Notes under the pieces: generated by a model
What the model saw: the letters and a program-made list of their open reading frames with translations, nothing else
Databases searched by the model: none
What the model was told of the DNA's origin: nothing
Part shown: positions 1 to 9,712 of the stretch, one piece after another
Numbering within the stretch: position 1 is the first letter of the stretch
How the letters are laid out: every line of letters begins with the position of its first letter
NCBI GenBank assembly: GCA_016213555.1
Contig: JACRAC010000011.1
Coordinates: 8,841-72,840, forward strand
From: Candidatus Aenigmatarchaeota archaeon
GTDB lineage: Archaea; Aenigmatarchaeota; Aenigmatarchaeia; GW2011-AR5; JACRAC01
Direction: 5' to 3'
DNA length: 64,000 nucleotides
Made by a program: the position numbers and the translations under genes

Positions 1-3
1 TCT

Positions 4-357
4 TTGGAAAAACTATGTGCTATATTGGTTGTTGCTGGGCTTGTTGTACTATTCTTTTTGGTTGTTTTTATTGAGCCTGTTTCTATGAATATTTCTCAAA
101 TATCTGAAAAAGATATTGGAAAAATAGTAAGTATAAATGCTAGCGTAGAGAATAAAAATCTACGCAATGGAAATTTATTTTTAGAGCTTGGTGATGTTGA
201 TAGCAATAGTACTATAAAAGCTGTGATGTTTGAGAATGATATTAAGCAAGATCTATCAACATTTCAAAAAGGTAGCCATATAAATATTGTAGGAAGAATT
301 GATAGATATAATGGTGAGTTAGAAATAATCATAAATAAAATAACAGTAATAGAATAA
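4..357 (+). CDS. Membrane-anchored OB-fold nucleic acid-binding domain protein
   Basis: N-terminal hydrophobic helix, then an OB-fold pattern (GKIVSINASV, GNLFLEL, IKAVMF, GRIDRYNGELEII). The frame is open at the window edge, so the true start may lie upstream. Confidence 0.7.
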   Translation: MEKLCAILVVAGLVVLFFLVVFIEPVSMNISQISEKDIGKIVSINASVENKNLRNGNLFLELGDVDSNSTIKAVMFENDIKQDLSTFQKGSHINIVGRIDRYNGELEIIINKITVIE

Positions 358-437
358 GGTGACTTTAAACTTACTTGCAATTTACTATAAATTGCTCGTA
401 ATTTTTAAAAACAACAAAAAATAATAAGGTTTTTAAA

Positions 438-1187
438 ATGAAATGTATTATACTTGCAGGAGGATATGCTAAGAGACTATGGCCTATAACACTTACACAG
501 TCAAAGGCTTTGTTAAGGGTTGGTCATAAACCTGTAATAGAATATATAATAGACAATATTGACAAGACTAATGTCAATGAAATAATAATTTCTACAAACC
601 AAAAATTTGAAAAAGACTTTAGCCAGTGGATTGATAAAAATTCAGGAAAATTTAAGAAGCCTATAAGATTATTTGTTGAACCTACTACCGCAGAAGAGAA
701 CAAATTCGGTGCTGTAAAAGGTATTTCTTATATCATGGATGAGATGAAAATTGAAGAAGATTGTATGGTAATTGCTGGAGATAACTTATTTGATTTTGAT
801 TTGAATAACTTTCTGAAGTTTTTCCATGAAAAAAGAGGGTTTGTTGTAGCAGTTTATAATGTTGAAAGTAAAGATAAGGCAAAACTTTATGGTGTTATAA
901 ATGTTGATGATAAGGAAAGAGTTACTCAGTTTATAGAAAAGCCTTCTGTTCCTGCATCCACATTAATCAGTACTGCCTGTTATGTTTTTCCTAAAGAGAC
1001 TTTTTATCTTGTTTCAGAATTTCTAAAACAAGAGAACATGGCAGATGCTCTTGGACAATTTTTACAATGGGTTCATAAGAGGATTCCTGTATATGCTTAC
1101 AGCTTTGATGGATATTGGTTTGATATTGGCGACAAAGAAGTTCTAAAGAAAGCAGAAGAATGGGTTAGAAAAGTTGGTGTTGAATAG
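438..1187 (+). CDS. NDP-sugar pyrophosphorylase / nucleotidyltransferase family protein
   Basis: LAGGYAKRL signature, AGDNLF, FIEKP, YWFDIG. Confidence 0.9.
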   Translation: MKCIILAGGYAKRLWPITLTQSKALLRVGHKPVIEYIIDNIDKTNVNEIIISTNQKFEKDFSQWIDKNSGKFKKPIRLFVEPTTAEENKFGAVKGISYIMDEMKIEEDCMVIAGDNLFDFDLNNFLKFFHEKRGFVVAVYNVESKDKAKLYGVINVDDKERVTQFIEKPSVPASTLISTACYVFPKETFYLVSEFLKQENMADALGQFLQWVHKRIPVYAYSFDGYWFDIGDKEVLKKAEEWVRKVGVE

Positions 1188-1229
1188 CCTATTTCTCAGT
1201 TTATATATAAACAGTGTTAATTATTGAAT

Positions 1230-1481
1230 ATGAACAATTTTATTAAAAGATTTTTTGATAACATCTTGCTCATAATTATTTTATTCATAGCTTTTTGTTA
1301 TGCTATAAATAACATATAATACAGTATCTCTTACTTGAATTCTATCATACCAGCATCTGAGGATAGTCAAGTTGTATGGCAAGCTACAAAATCGTTAACA
1401 ATTTCTTATCTTGTTTTAATAGGAATAATAGTAAGTTTAGTGGGGATCATTGTTTTTAAGAAAACTGAAAAATCTCAATAA
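1230..1481 (+). pseudogene. Small two-TM membrane protein ORF interrupted by an in-frame TAA at 1317-1319
   Basis: Manual translation: [82 protein letters not shown]. It fills the intergenic gap, and a TTTATATA element lies upstream. Confidence 0.45.
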
Positions 1482-1521
1482 TAAAACATACGCTCATAAA
1501 GATTTGCCGCTAATTCTAATT

Positions 1522-3498
1522 ATGAATGTTGATAAGAAACCTAATAGGTTGGCAAAAGAGAAGAGTCCTTACTTACTTCAGCATGCGTACAATCCTGTGG
1601 ATTGGTATCCTTGGACTCAAGAAGCGTTTGATTTAGCGTCTAAGCTTGATAAGCCGATATTTCTTTCGATTGGATACTCTACTTGCCATTGGTGCCATGT
1701 AATGGAAAAGGAGAGTTTTGAAGATGCTGAGGTTGCTAAGCTGCTTAATGATAATTTTATTTGTATTAAGGTTGACCGTGAGGAAAGACCAGACATAGAT
1801 TCTGTTTATATGAAATTTTGTCAAAGCATGACAGGAAGCGGTGGATGGCCTCTTACTATTATTATGACTCCTGACAAAAAGCCTTTTTTTGCTTCAACAT
1901 ATGTTCCTAAACAGACAATGTATGGAAGAGTTGGTATGGTTGATTTAATTCCTAGAATTAGAGAAGCTTGGAATAATGAGAGACAAGATATTCTTGGTTC
2001 TGCTGAATATCTTACAAATGCTTTGTCTGAATATGATGAAAGTGGTAAGCTTGAGAAAGGTTTGGTGGATAAAACTTATTTGCAGCTAGAAACAAGGTTT
2101 GATGAAAAAAATGGTGGGTTTAGTCATAGTCCTAAATTTCCTACTCCACATAATATTGTATTTCTAATAAGATACTGGAAACTTAGTGGAAATAAGAGAG
2201 CTTTAGAGATGGCTGAAACGACACTGGAAAAAATGAGACTTGGAGGAATTTTTGATCAAGTAGGTGGTGGTTTTCATAGGTATTCTACAGATCCTTTATG
2301 GAAACTTCCACATTTTGAGAAAATGTTATATGATCAAGCTTTGTTAGCCTTAGCATATATAGAAGCTTATGAAGCTACTGGAAAAGAATTTTATAAGGAT
2401 GTTGTTGAAGAGATCTTTGAGTATGTCATTAGAGATATGAGTTCTGAAAAAGGGTTTTGTTCTGCTGAAGATGCTGATTCAGAAGGTGTTGAAGGTAAGT
2501 TTTATGTATGGAAAAGCGATGAAATAAAAAAGATCCTTGGCAAAGATGCTGATGAATTTTGTAAAATATTCAATGTAAATAATGATGGAAACTATAGAGA
2601 AGAGGCTAACGGAGAGATAACTGGAAATAATATATTATTTCTTAACGAATATGTGGAGAATGACTTTATAGTTGGTTGTAGGAGAAAGCTGCTGGCTGAA
2701 AGAAGCAAAAGAATAAGGCCGCATAAGGACACCAAAATTTTAACAGATTGGAATGCTCTAATGATATTAAGCTTAGCAAAGGCTGGAAGAGTTTTTAGTA
2801 GGGAAGATTATCTAAAGATTGCTAAAGAAGCTATGCAGAATATTTTAGATAATAGATATAAATATTTTTTGCTTCACACTGAAACTATCAGCGGATTTTT
2901 AGATGATTATGCTTTTGTAATATGGGCTTTGATTGAACTTTATCAAAGTACTTTTGATAAAAAATATATAGATTTATCTCAAGAGCTGATTAAAGAGTTA
3001 GAAGGTTTTGCAGATAAAAATAATGAAAATATAGAATCTTTTGGTGGATTTTTCTTATCTAGAGAAGATATTGTGATAAGGACTAAAGAACTTTATGATG
3101 GTGCTTTGCCTTCTGGTAATTCTGTTATGGTTTATGATTTGTTTTTATTATCTAGGCTTACTGGAAACTTGGAGCTTGAACAAAAAGCTTGGAAAATACT
3201 TGAGAGTTTTTCAGCTAGCTTAAATCAAATGCCTGCTGGATATACGCAGGCTATGATTGGTTTGGCTCTTTTAGAAAATAATTTTTATGAAATTGTTTTA
3301 ACTAAGAATGATAAGGAAATATTGGCCAGGATTTTCCATGATTATAGACCTAATAAAGTTGTCCTACTTAATGATGTTAATTCTACTGTAGAAAAAATGA
3401 AAGATGTTGAAGGTAATACTGGAATATATGTTTGTGAGAGTGGAAAATGTAATTTGCCTACAAATGACATTGATAAGGCTTTGAAGAAAATGAATTAA
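1522..3498 (+). CDS. Thioredoxin-like plus six-hairpin glycosidase-like protein (YyaL/SPATA20/DUF255 family)
   Basis: [50 protein letters not shown]. Start moved to ATG 1522, where family homology begins. Confidence 0.92.
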   Translation: MNVDKKPNRLAKEKSPYLLQHAYNPVDWYPWTQEAFDLASKLDKPIFLSIGYSTCHWCHVMEKESFEDAEVAKLLNDNFICIKVDREERPDIDSVYMKFCQSMTGSGGWPLTIIMTPDKKPFFASTYVPKQTMYGRVGMVDLIPRIREAWNNERQDILGSAEYLTNALSEYDESGKLEKGLVDKTYLQLETRFDEKNGGFSHSPKFPTPHNIVFLIRYWKLSGNKRALEMAETTLEKMRLGGIFDQVGGGFHRYSTDPLWKLPHFEKMLYDQALLALAYIEAYEATGKEFYKDVVEEIFEYVIRDMSSEKGFCSAEDADSEGVEGKFYVWKSDEIKKILGKDADEFCKIFNVNNDGNYREEANGEITGNNILFLNEYVENDFIVGCRRKLLAERSKRIRPHKDTKILTDWNALMILSLAKAGRVFSREDYLKIAKEAMQNILDNRYKYFLLHTETISGFLDDYAFVIWALIELYQSTFDKKYIDLSQELIKELEGFADKNNENIESFGGFFLSREDIVIRTKELYDGALPSGNSVMVYDLFLLSRLTGNLELEQKAWKILESFSASLNQMPAGYTQAMIGLALLENNFYEIVLTKNDKEILARIFHDYRPNKVVLLNDVNSTVEKMKDVEGNTGIYVCESGKCNLPTNDIDKALKKMN

Positions 3499-3526
3499 TA
3501 AAGGCTTTTCTAAATATAGACTAATT

Positions 3527-3624
3527 GGTGTTTGTTTCAAATCATACTATAATGATTTGAAAATACAGAGTCGTATTTTAAACAAAAATACTCCTGTTTT
3601 ATAACACCTAAGGTGTTATAAATG
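3527..3624 (+). promoter_or_regulatory. Inverted-repeat-rich leader, with a hairpin covering the RBS of the GT4 gene
   Basis: TTTCAAATCAT-N6-ATGATTTGAAA (3535-3562) and TTTATAACACC-TAA-GGTGTTATAAA (3598-3622) are perfect inverted repeats; function is inferred. Confidence 0.45.
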
Positions 3625-4719
3625 AGAATTGCTATGCTAATAGATTTGTTTTATCCTTACCAGCTTGGTGGAGCTGAGAAGCAGTTTTATGAACTTGCTG
3701 TCAGGCTTGCTAAGAAACATGAGGTTCATGTTTACACTCTTAATATAGAAGGTTGTCCATCAGAGGAAAAAATAAATGGTATTTATGTCCATAGAATTGG
3801 ATATAGAAACTCTATTAAAAAAAGGTCTTTGTCTGCTTTAGCTACATATTTTTTGAAAACTCCTTATTTGATAAGACAGATAAGAAAATATGACATAGTA
3901 CATGCAAATCAAATATCTGCCATGTTCTGTTTTTTCAAGCCGTTTATAAAAAAGCCGTTTGTTGTAACTATACATGATCTATACTGGGATCTTTGGAAAA
4001 ACTACTATAGATTTCCTTTATACTATATTGGAAAAGCTGTAGAACTATTTTGGTCTATTCTTAGATATGACAAAATAATTACTGTATCAAAATCTTCAAA
4101 AGCCAAGTTAGAGAGGCTAGATTTTGTGAAAAAAATATCAGTATTGCCTAATGGTATAGACTTTTCCAAGATAAATAAGGTATCTGCAAAGAAAGGAAAC
4201 CATATAATATATGTTGGACGTTTGGTAAATTATAAGAATGTTGACCTGGTAATCAAGTCTATGAAAGAATTAAATAAAAAATATCCTATATTAGAGCTTA
4301 GAATAATAGGATCAGGTGAGCAGGAGACTTACTTGAAAAAACTTGTTAAAGAGTTAAAAGTAAATGTAAAATTCCTTGGATATGTTACAGAAGAAGAGAA
4401 ATTTAGGCAAATAAAATCTGCTAAAGCATTTGTCTCTATGTCTGATGTTGAAGGGTTTGGAATCTCTATGCTTGAAGCAATGGCTTGTGGTACTCCTGTT
4501 ATTGGGAAAAAACTTAAGGCATATGAAGAGTTTTGTAATACTAAAAACTCTTTACTAATAGATGGAGATGATATTGAAAAGACTCTAATAAGAGTTTTGA
4601 AAGATGAATCTTTAATGAAAAGACTTTCAATAGAAGGAATAAAAACTGCAAAGAAATTTGACTGGGATAATATTGTAATAGATCTTGAAAAAATATACAA
4701 AACTAGCTTGTTTCATTAA
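3622..4719 (+). CDS. Glycosyltransferase family 4 (GT-B)
   Basis: GGAE motif, YVGRL..YKN, EGFGISMLEAMACGTPVI (E-x7-E). Confidence 0.93.
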   Translation: MRIAMLIDLFYPYQLGGAEKQFYELAVRLAKKHEVHVYTLNIEGCPSEEKINGIYVHRIGYRNSIKKRSLSALATYFLKTPYLIRQIRKYDIVHANQISAMFCFFKPFIKKPFVVTIHDLYWDLWKNYYRFPLYYIGKAVELFWSILRYDKIITVSKSSKAKLERLDFVKKISVLPNGIDFSKINKVSAKKGNHIIYVGRLVNYKNVDLVIKSMKELNKKYPILELRIIGSGEQETYLKKLVKELKVNVKFLGYVTEEEKFRQIKSAKAFVSMSDVEGFGISMLEAMACGTPVIGKKLKAYEEFCNTKNSLLIDGDDIEKTLIRVLKDESLMKRLSIEGIKTAKKFDWDNIVIDLEKIYKTSLFH

Positions 4720-5812
4720 TCTTTAATTTGAAGAGTTTTACTTCTCCTCCCCATTGGTCTACAAATTCAAAATGTTCTAATCCTGCTCCGTTATAGAAAA
4801 ACATTCTTGTAAACATTGAATTCTCTAATTCTTTAGGGAAAAAGAATATTACACTAAGACTTGAATCTGGCACATATATTGTACCTTTTATTTCAGCTGA
4901 TGGGTCTTCTGATGTAACGTAACCAAATTTTGTAGGATACACAACTTTACTTATTTTTACAAACTGATTATTTTGTTGCAATAAAGCATGTAAAGTATTG
5001 TTCTCGTCATATAGTATAAACGATTGACCTTCAGATAATTGATATTCATAACCTACTGTTGATTGAGAAAATAATGGTTTTCTTCTTGTCAATTGAGCAG
5101 GGAAATAATTATATGTAGTTCCTTTTGGATCATTTTTCAAAGGATCCCATGTAGAGAAATAAGTCCACCATTGACTTTTGTACACAAGATCTGCACTTGC
5201 TATATAGTATACATCATTACATCCTTTTTTCTTATACTCCTTTAATATGTTATACGCTAATGTCTCGTTATCAGTAAAGAGGGTTATTGCAATATCTTTT
5301 ATTCTTGCTGTAGTAACTGTGTTATTATTAAAAACTCTAACTTGAACAATTCCTTTGTCATAGTTATCTAAAACTAGTCCTTCTGATGTTTCATTCGTAG
5401 GTCTAGTAAATACATCGTTCTGTCCAGCACCGTCAAAAACAACTGCTCTTTCTGCGATTCCTGTTATAAAATGTCCTGGATCCCAATAAGTAGCCACAAC
5501 TGAACATTCAGCTGTATTATTTTTAATCCAGTTAAGAGATTGCCACCAGTTATCAGTCAGGACTGTTCCTTGACTGCTAGAAATTGCATAGCTAGGTACT
5601 AGATAGAATAAAAGAATTATTACTACTGTAAAAAATCCTAATAATCCTGCAAAGAAATCATATTTATTTATTTTCTTCATTGCAAATAAGGCACCTAAAA
5701 CAACTATTGTTAAAAGAAGTCCTATTGAAAACAATACTATTTTTTCAAACTGTATTAGTATAGCTAAGCCTAACAATACTCCTATTGCAATTGATATTGT
5801 CTTATTTTTCAT
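4703..5812 (-). CDS. aglB: Oligosaccharyltransferase AglB/STT3, C-terminal part (last TM helices plus soluble domain)
   Basis: WWQSLNWIKNNT...VVATYWDPGH (WWDYG-equivalent), AERAVVFDG, DLVYK (DK motif), NSMFTRMF, VKLFK. Confidence 0.85.
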   Translation of the reverse strand: MKNKTISIAIGVLLGLAILIQFEKIVLFSIGLLLTIVVLGALFAMKKINKYDFFAGLLGFFTVVIILLFYLVPSYAISSSQGTVLTDNWWQSLNWIKNNTAECSVVATYWDPGHFITGIAERAVVFDGAGQNDVFTRPTNETSEGLVLDNYDKGIVQVRVFNNNTVTTARIKDIAITLFTDNETLAYNILKEYKKKGCNDVYYIASADLVYKSQWWTYFSTWDPLKNDPKGTTYNYFPAQLTRRKPLFSQSTVGYEYQLSEGQSFILYDENNTLHALLQQNNQFVKISKVVYPTKFGYVTSEDPSAEIKGTIYVPDSSLSVIFFFPKELENSMFTRMFFYNGAGLEHFEFVDQWGGEVKLFKLKINETS

Positions 5813-7095
5813 TCTTTATCCTCTTTTTCATAAAGTGCTATATCCCAAAACTTTGCAAGTATTATACCAGAACATATACTATAAACAGCTGTTAAAAATA
5901 TATCAAATCTTACAGCTACTGCACTAGCTACTAAAAATCCTATAAACCATATTAACATAAAAAGTAATGTATCGAAGTGATGTCTTTTCTTTACGTATGA
6001 GTAAAGTAGATAGATAAAACATACTATCGTCAAAATAAATGGAGAAATAAGAAGTAATAATGCTAGCGGTATCCCGCTTATCTGTGATGCTATATCTACG
6101 CTACTCACTCTTATGGCTACGTCTTTTATACCTCCACTTTGCAACTCTGCAACTGATACATAAACATTAGGAAATTGGCTTGTTTCTGCCTTTAAACTAC
6201 CACTAGATGCTACAGAACCGACTACAGACTGGACAGGATTTGATAAAAATCCTACTCCGTAATATGGTATTGTTATTATGTAGAACACTGCTATTATCAT
6301 AATAAACGATACTACCATTACTTTGTTTTTTGAAAATACTTGTTTAATATGATTTGTATCATGTTTTTTTGTAAGTAATATATCAAATATTATTTTTAGG
6401 ACAACAAATGATGCAATTATCCACAATGCAAACCAATAACCTGTCCATGTTAGTGCAAAAAGTCCTAAGAATAGTCCTGCAATAGCTGAATATATGATGT
6501 TTTTTCTTGCAAATATCTTTTCCTTATCTAATTTCTTATACGCTACTACAAAAGATGCAATAGAAGCCATCATCATTAACATAACAATTGCATCTGAATC
6601 TGGATCTCCTCCTAAAGTTCTTGTTAGGAAAGGAATTGCAAATAATACAAATATTGCAATGAATGCACCAGCCTTTCTATTGAATAAATATTTTCCTATG
6701 AAATATGAAGGTATTGCGAGTAAAGATGTTAATAATACAGGAAACCATACCATAAACTGCCAGAGTTGCATATCTGGCATAAAGAGATGGAAGAACATGT
6801 AGGAATAGGCTCCTAAATACTCATAGAATAAAGGCCCAGAACCTATAGGTATACCGTTTGGAGCAAATCTAAGATAATCATACGATGGAAGAACGCCGTT
6901 ATTATTTATTATACTACCTACTTCTCTAGTGAAGTAAAAAGAATCTATATTCCTAAGATATGGCCAACCATGTTCATAAAACCCAAACAATCTTATGTAC
7001 ATCGACAAAGCTATAATTAATATTATTATAGCTGCGTATTTGTACTTGAAAAGCGGTTTTATAGATAATTTGAAGCTTACTTTGTCTTCTTCCAT
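5809..7095 (-). CDS. aglB: Oligosaccharyltransferase AglB/STT3, N-terminal multi-TM part
   Basis: YIR...NIDSFYFTR (first-loop Asp), RTLGGDPDSD (DxD), WTGY, SVAE (TIxE/SVSE-like), AVRF (conserved Arg), about 12 hydrophobic segments. Confidence 0.85.
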   Translation of the reverse strand: MEEDKVSFKLSIKPLFKYKYAAIIILIIALSMYIRLFGFYEHGWPYLRNIDSFYFTREVGSIINNNGVLPSYDYLRFAPNGIPIGSGPLFYEYLGAYSYMFFHLFMPDMQLWQFMVWFPVLLTSLLAIPSYFIGKYLFNRKAGAFIAIFVLFAIPFLTRTLGGDPDSDAIVMLMMMASIASFVVAYKKLDKEKIFARKNIIYSAIAGLFLGLFALTWTGYWFALWIIASFVVLKIIFDILLTKKHDTNHIKQVFSKNKVMVVSFIMIIAVFYIITIPYYGVGFLSNPVQSVVGSVASSGSLKAETSQFPNVYVSVAELQSGGIKDVAIRVSSVDIASQISGIPLALLLLISPFILTIVCFIYLLYSYVKKRHHFDTLLFMLIWFIGFLVASAVAVRFDIFLTAVYSICSGIILAKFWDIALYEKEDKE

Positions 7096-7142
7096 ATACT
7101 ACCCACTTATCTTAAGAATATTCTCTGAAAGACTTTAATACG

Positions 7143-7805
7143 TTAATTAAATAACGTCTTTAGTCTAAGTTTTAAAAGAAACCATCCTACGTTTGCACCA
7201 TCTTTGATTGTGTTTATTTTTGCCTCTCCTAATCTAGGATAGTAGTCTACTGGAAACTCTACAAACTTAGTTCCTGATTTTATTACCTTTATTTTTATCT
7301 CTTCTGATAAAGGCATGCCATCATCTTCTAAAACTATCTTTTTTAATATAGATTGGTCAAAAATCCACATTCCTGTCTGAGAATCTTTTAAATCTATCCA
7401 GAATAAAATGTTTGCTAATTTTGTAAGCATCTTATTTCCTATCTCATGTGTAAAACTCATGCTGTTTTTCTTTGGTATTCTGTTGCAGGATATAAATTGC
7501 TCTTTATTTTCTTTAACTAATTTAATATAGTATCCTAATTTTTTTGTTGAATAGCTGCCATCAGCATCTATTGTAACTATGATATCTGCTTTTACTTTAT
7601 TAAATCCTGTTTTATATGCACGTCCATAACCTTTTCTTGACTCTAGTATTATTTTTGCACCTTTTTTTTTGGCTATTTCTTGAGTTTTATCTGTAGAACT
7701 ACAATCAATTATGTAAATATCATCTACATATTTTTTAACATCATCTATTACTTTTCCTATTCCTTCTTCTTCGTTTTTTGTAGGTATCAAAGCTGCTATT
7801 GTCAT
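7143..7805 (-). CDS. Glycosyltransferase family 2, polyprenol-phosphate glycosyltransferase-like
   Basis: IPTKNEE, SSTDKT, GYGRA, DADG, DSQTG, R.GEAKI. Confidence 0.9.
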   Translation of the reverse strand: MTIAALIPTKNEEEGIGKVIDDVKKYVDDIYIIDCSSTDKTQEIAKKKGAKIILESRKGYGRAYKTGFNKVKADIIVTIDADGSYSTKKLGYYIKLVKENKEQFISCNRIPKKNSMSFTHEIGNKMLTKLANILFWIDLKDSQTGMWIFDQSILKKIVLEDDGMPLSEEIKIKVIKSGTKFVEFPVDYYPRLGEAKINTIKDGANVGWFLLKLRLKTLFN

Positions 7806-9637
7806 TGTTTTACCTTATAGATTTTTACATATGTTTTACCATTGTTTGTATAGTTCCAGGCTTCTTCTAAATAACTGTCTAGTCCTTGATTCCATGGTTT
7901 ATTGAAGTCTCTATAATTTTCTGGACCTACTACCAGCAGATTGTATTTTTTGATTTCAGGACCTTTTATTGCAGGATCTATCCAAGTATTTAGGACAGTA
8001 AATGTTATGTTATATTTATTAAGATAATTTCTATAATCTTTAACATCTTTTACTATTATTGGATCAAAAGATCCTACAAGTTCACCGTTTTCATTAATTT
8101 GGTACTCGCTTTGTATCCAATAATAACTCCAGTAAAGATACTTTACATCGTATTTATCTAACAATTCTTTTCTTTTTGAAGAATCATTTCCGTATAGTAT
8201 TATTGCTGAGTCTGCTTCTAGTTGATCGATGTCTATAAATGGGCTATTTTGGCTACGTCTTGATACCATTACTTTTCGTCCAGTTAATCCATTAAGTGCA
8301 AAGGATAATTCTTTTGTAGACAAAAATATATCGTCAACAGATGTGTTGTTAAGAACCCATTCTCTTGTTTGTATCAAATCTTCTGATAACGGATTCTTAC
8401 CTACATTTATCCACTGATCCTTCTGGACCCTTTGATTGAAATCCATATAGTAAAATCCTGTAGTGATTAAAAGAACTATTATGACTAGAGGGAAGAAATA
8501 TTTAGTAATTTTCTTTTCTAGAAACTCTAATGATATAGTTGTTAACAGTATTGTTGAGAAAGGTATTAGAAATTCAAACGCTTTTCCTGAAGAGAAGTTT
8601 GTTTTAATCAATGGTTGTGTGATCAGATAGTGGAGTGTAATTATTACTGATATCGTTATGAACATCAAAATAAATATTTTGTTGTTGAGTTCTTGCGTTG
8701 CTATCAGGTAAATTCCTATTATGGCTAGTATAGAAATTATTATTAGATTTATAGACCCAAAATTTAACAGTGCTGCTGATAAAAATCTGTATATAGTAAC
8801 TAACTGTATATCAAATCTAGACAAATCTTCGAAAGCCCAGTTTTGGTTATCATTTAGTGTAACTCCTTTATGCACAAATATTGGATTATACCACCATAAG
8901 AGTGCTATAGAGAACGCTATTACAAGTGCTATTATCATCATTGGTAGGTATTTTTTAATGTTGGTTCTTTTTGGATAGAATTCTATTATCTTTTCTCTTA
9001 TATCTATTTTTAAAACTCTATGAAACATGAAAGCAAGAAACATAAGTGTTATAAAAGATAATGAGACAAAAAATGCTGCTCCATGGGATATTGATAAAAT
9101 TCCTGCTACTATTCCAAGTATTGTTGATGATAGTATGTTTTGCTTCTTGTAGAAGTAGTATATAGAGAAAAACATTATAGGAAATAAGAAAAGTGATGTA
9201 AATTCTGTATATTTTAAAATCGGGAATGCTGATAGAGGTAAAAAGAGTATTGTTGATAACAACGCTATATTTTTGTTATTTGTTATATAACTTAATATTA
9301 GATATAAGGAAACTATGAAAAGAATTATGCATATTTGAGAAAATAAGAATATTGCTATCATTGGTTCTAGTCCAAATGTTGATCCAAAAGACGCTACTAA
9401 ATATGAGTATACAATAAAATATCCTGGCTCAGAATTTGGTATGTTAGGTGCTACTAGTGGATTGCCTCCCTCCATTATATGGGTTACTGAGCCTAACTGA
9501 AAGTAGTAATCTCCTCCGTACAGAGGTGAAGGAAGCTGGTTTAGCTGGGATATTAAATAGCTTTGTTGGAACAAGTAAAATGCTATTATCAATACAAGTA
9601 CAATTTCTTGTTTAAATTTAAAATCCATTAAGTCCAC
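7802..9637 (-). CDS. Polytopic membrane protein, probable GT-C fold lipid-linked sugar transferase
   Basis: About 12-13 TM segments, acidic motif GGDYYF in the first external loop, C-terminal soluble domain (WVLNNT, LTGRK, LLDKYDVKYLYW); overlaps the GT2 start in the agl cluster. Confidence 0.6.
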   Translation of the reverse strand: MDLMDFKFKQEIVLVLIIAFYLFQQSYLISQLNQLPSPLYGGDYYFQLGSVTHIMEGGNPLVAPNIPNSEPGYFIVYSYLVASFGSTFGLEPMIAIFLFSQICIILFIVSLYLILSYITNNKNIALLSTILFLPLSAFPILKYTEFTSLFLFPIMFFSIYYFYKKQNILSSTILGIVAGILSISHGAAFFVSLSFITLMFLAFMFHRVLKIDIREKIIEFYPKRTNIKKYLPMMIIALVIAFSIALLWWYNPIFVHKGVTLNDNQNWAFEDLSRFDIQLVTIYRFLSAALLNFGSINLIIISILAIIGIYLIATQELNNKIFILMFITISVIITLHYLITQPLIKTNFSSGKAFEFLIPFSTILLTTISLEFLEKKITKYFFPLVIIVLLITTGFYYMDFNQRVQKDQWINVGKNPLSEDLIQTREWVLNNTSVDDIFLSTKELSFALNGLTGRKVMVSRRSQNSPFIDIDQLEADSAIILYGNDSSKRKELLDKYDVKYLYWSYYWIQSEYQINENGELVGSFDPIIVKDVKDYRNYLNKYNITFTVLNTWIDPAIKGPEIKKYNLLVVGPENYRDFNKPWNQGLDSYLEEAWNYTNNGKTYVKIYKVKQ

Positions 9638-9712
9638 ATTTTCATATGTAAGTTAATGGATTAAAATGAGTTTTTTGACGAAGATTTAAATGTTTTTACC
9701 TTTAAGATTAAA

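Noticed and set aside
1317-1319. Stop-codon reassignment as the cause of the in-frame TAA
   Set aside because: TAA, TAG and TGA all terminate conserved genes at expected positions throughout the window
1450-1521. Upstream extensions given by the ORF track (also 29546, 33087, 39647, 21636, 61241)
   Set aside because: Family homology starts at downstream ATGs, and the extensions overlap neighbouring genes, promoters or ORB-like boxes
3527-3608. tRNA gene (cloverleaf-like pairing)
   Set aside because: Very AT-rich, no T-loop TTCRA or D-loop GG, and stem lengths do not fit a tRNA; kept only as a candidate leader
5809-5830. Programmed readthrough or -1 frameshift joining the aglB halves
   Set aside because: The halves are in different frames, so TGA readthrough cannot fuse them. 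The A-run (GAAAAAG) is followed by a TAA in the -1 frame two codons before the second ATG.
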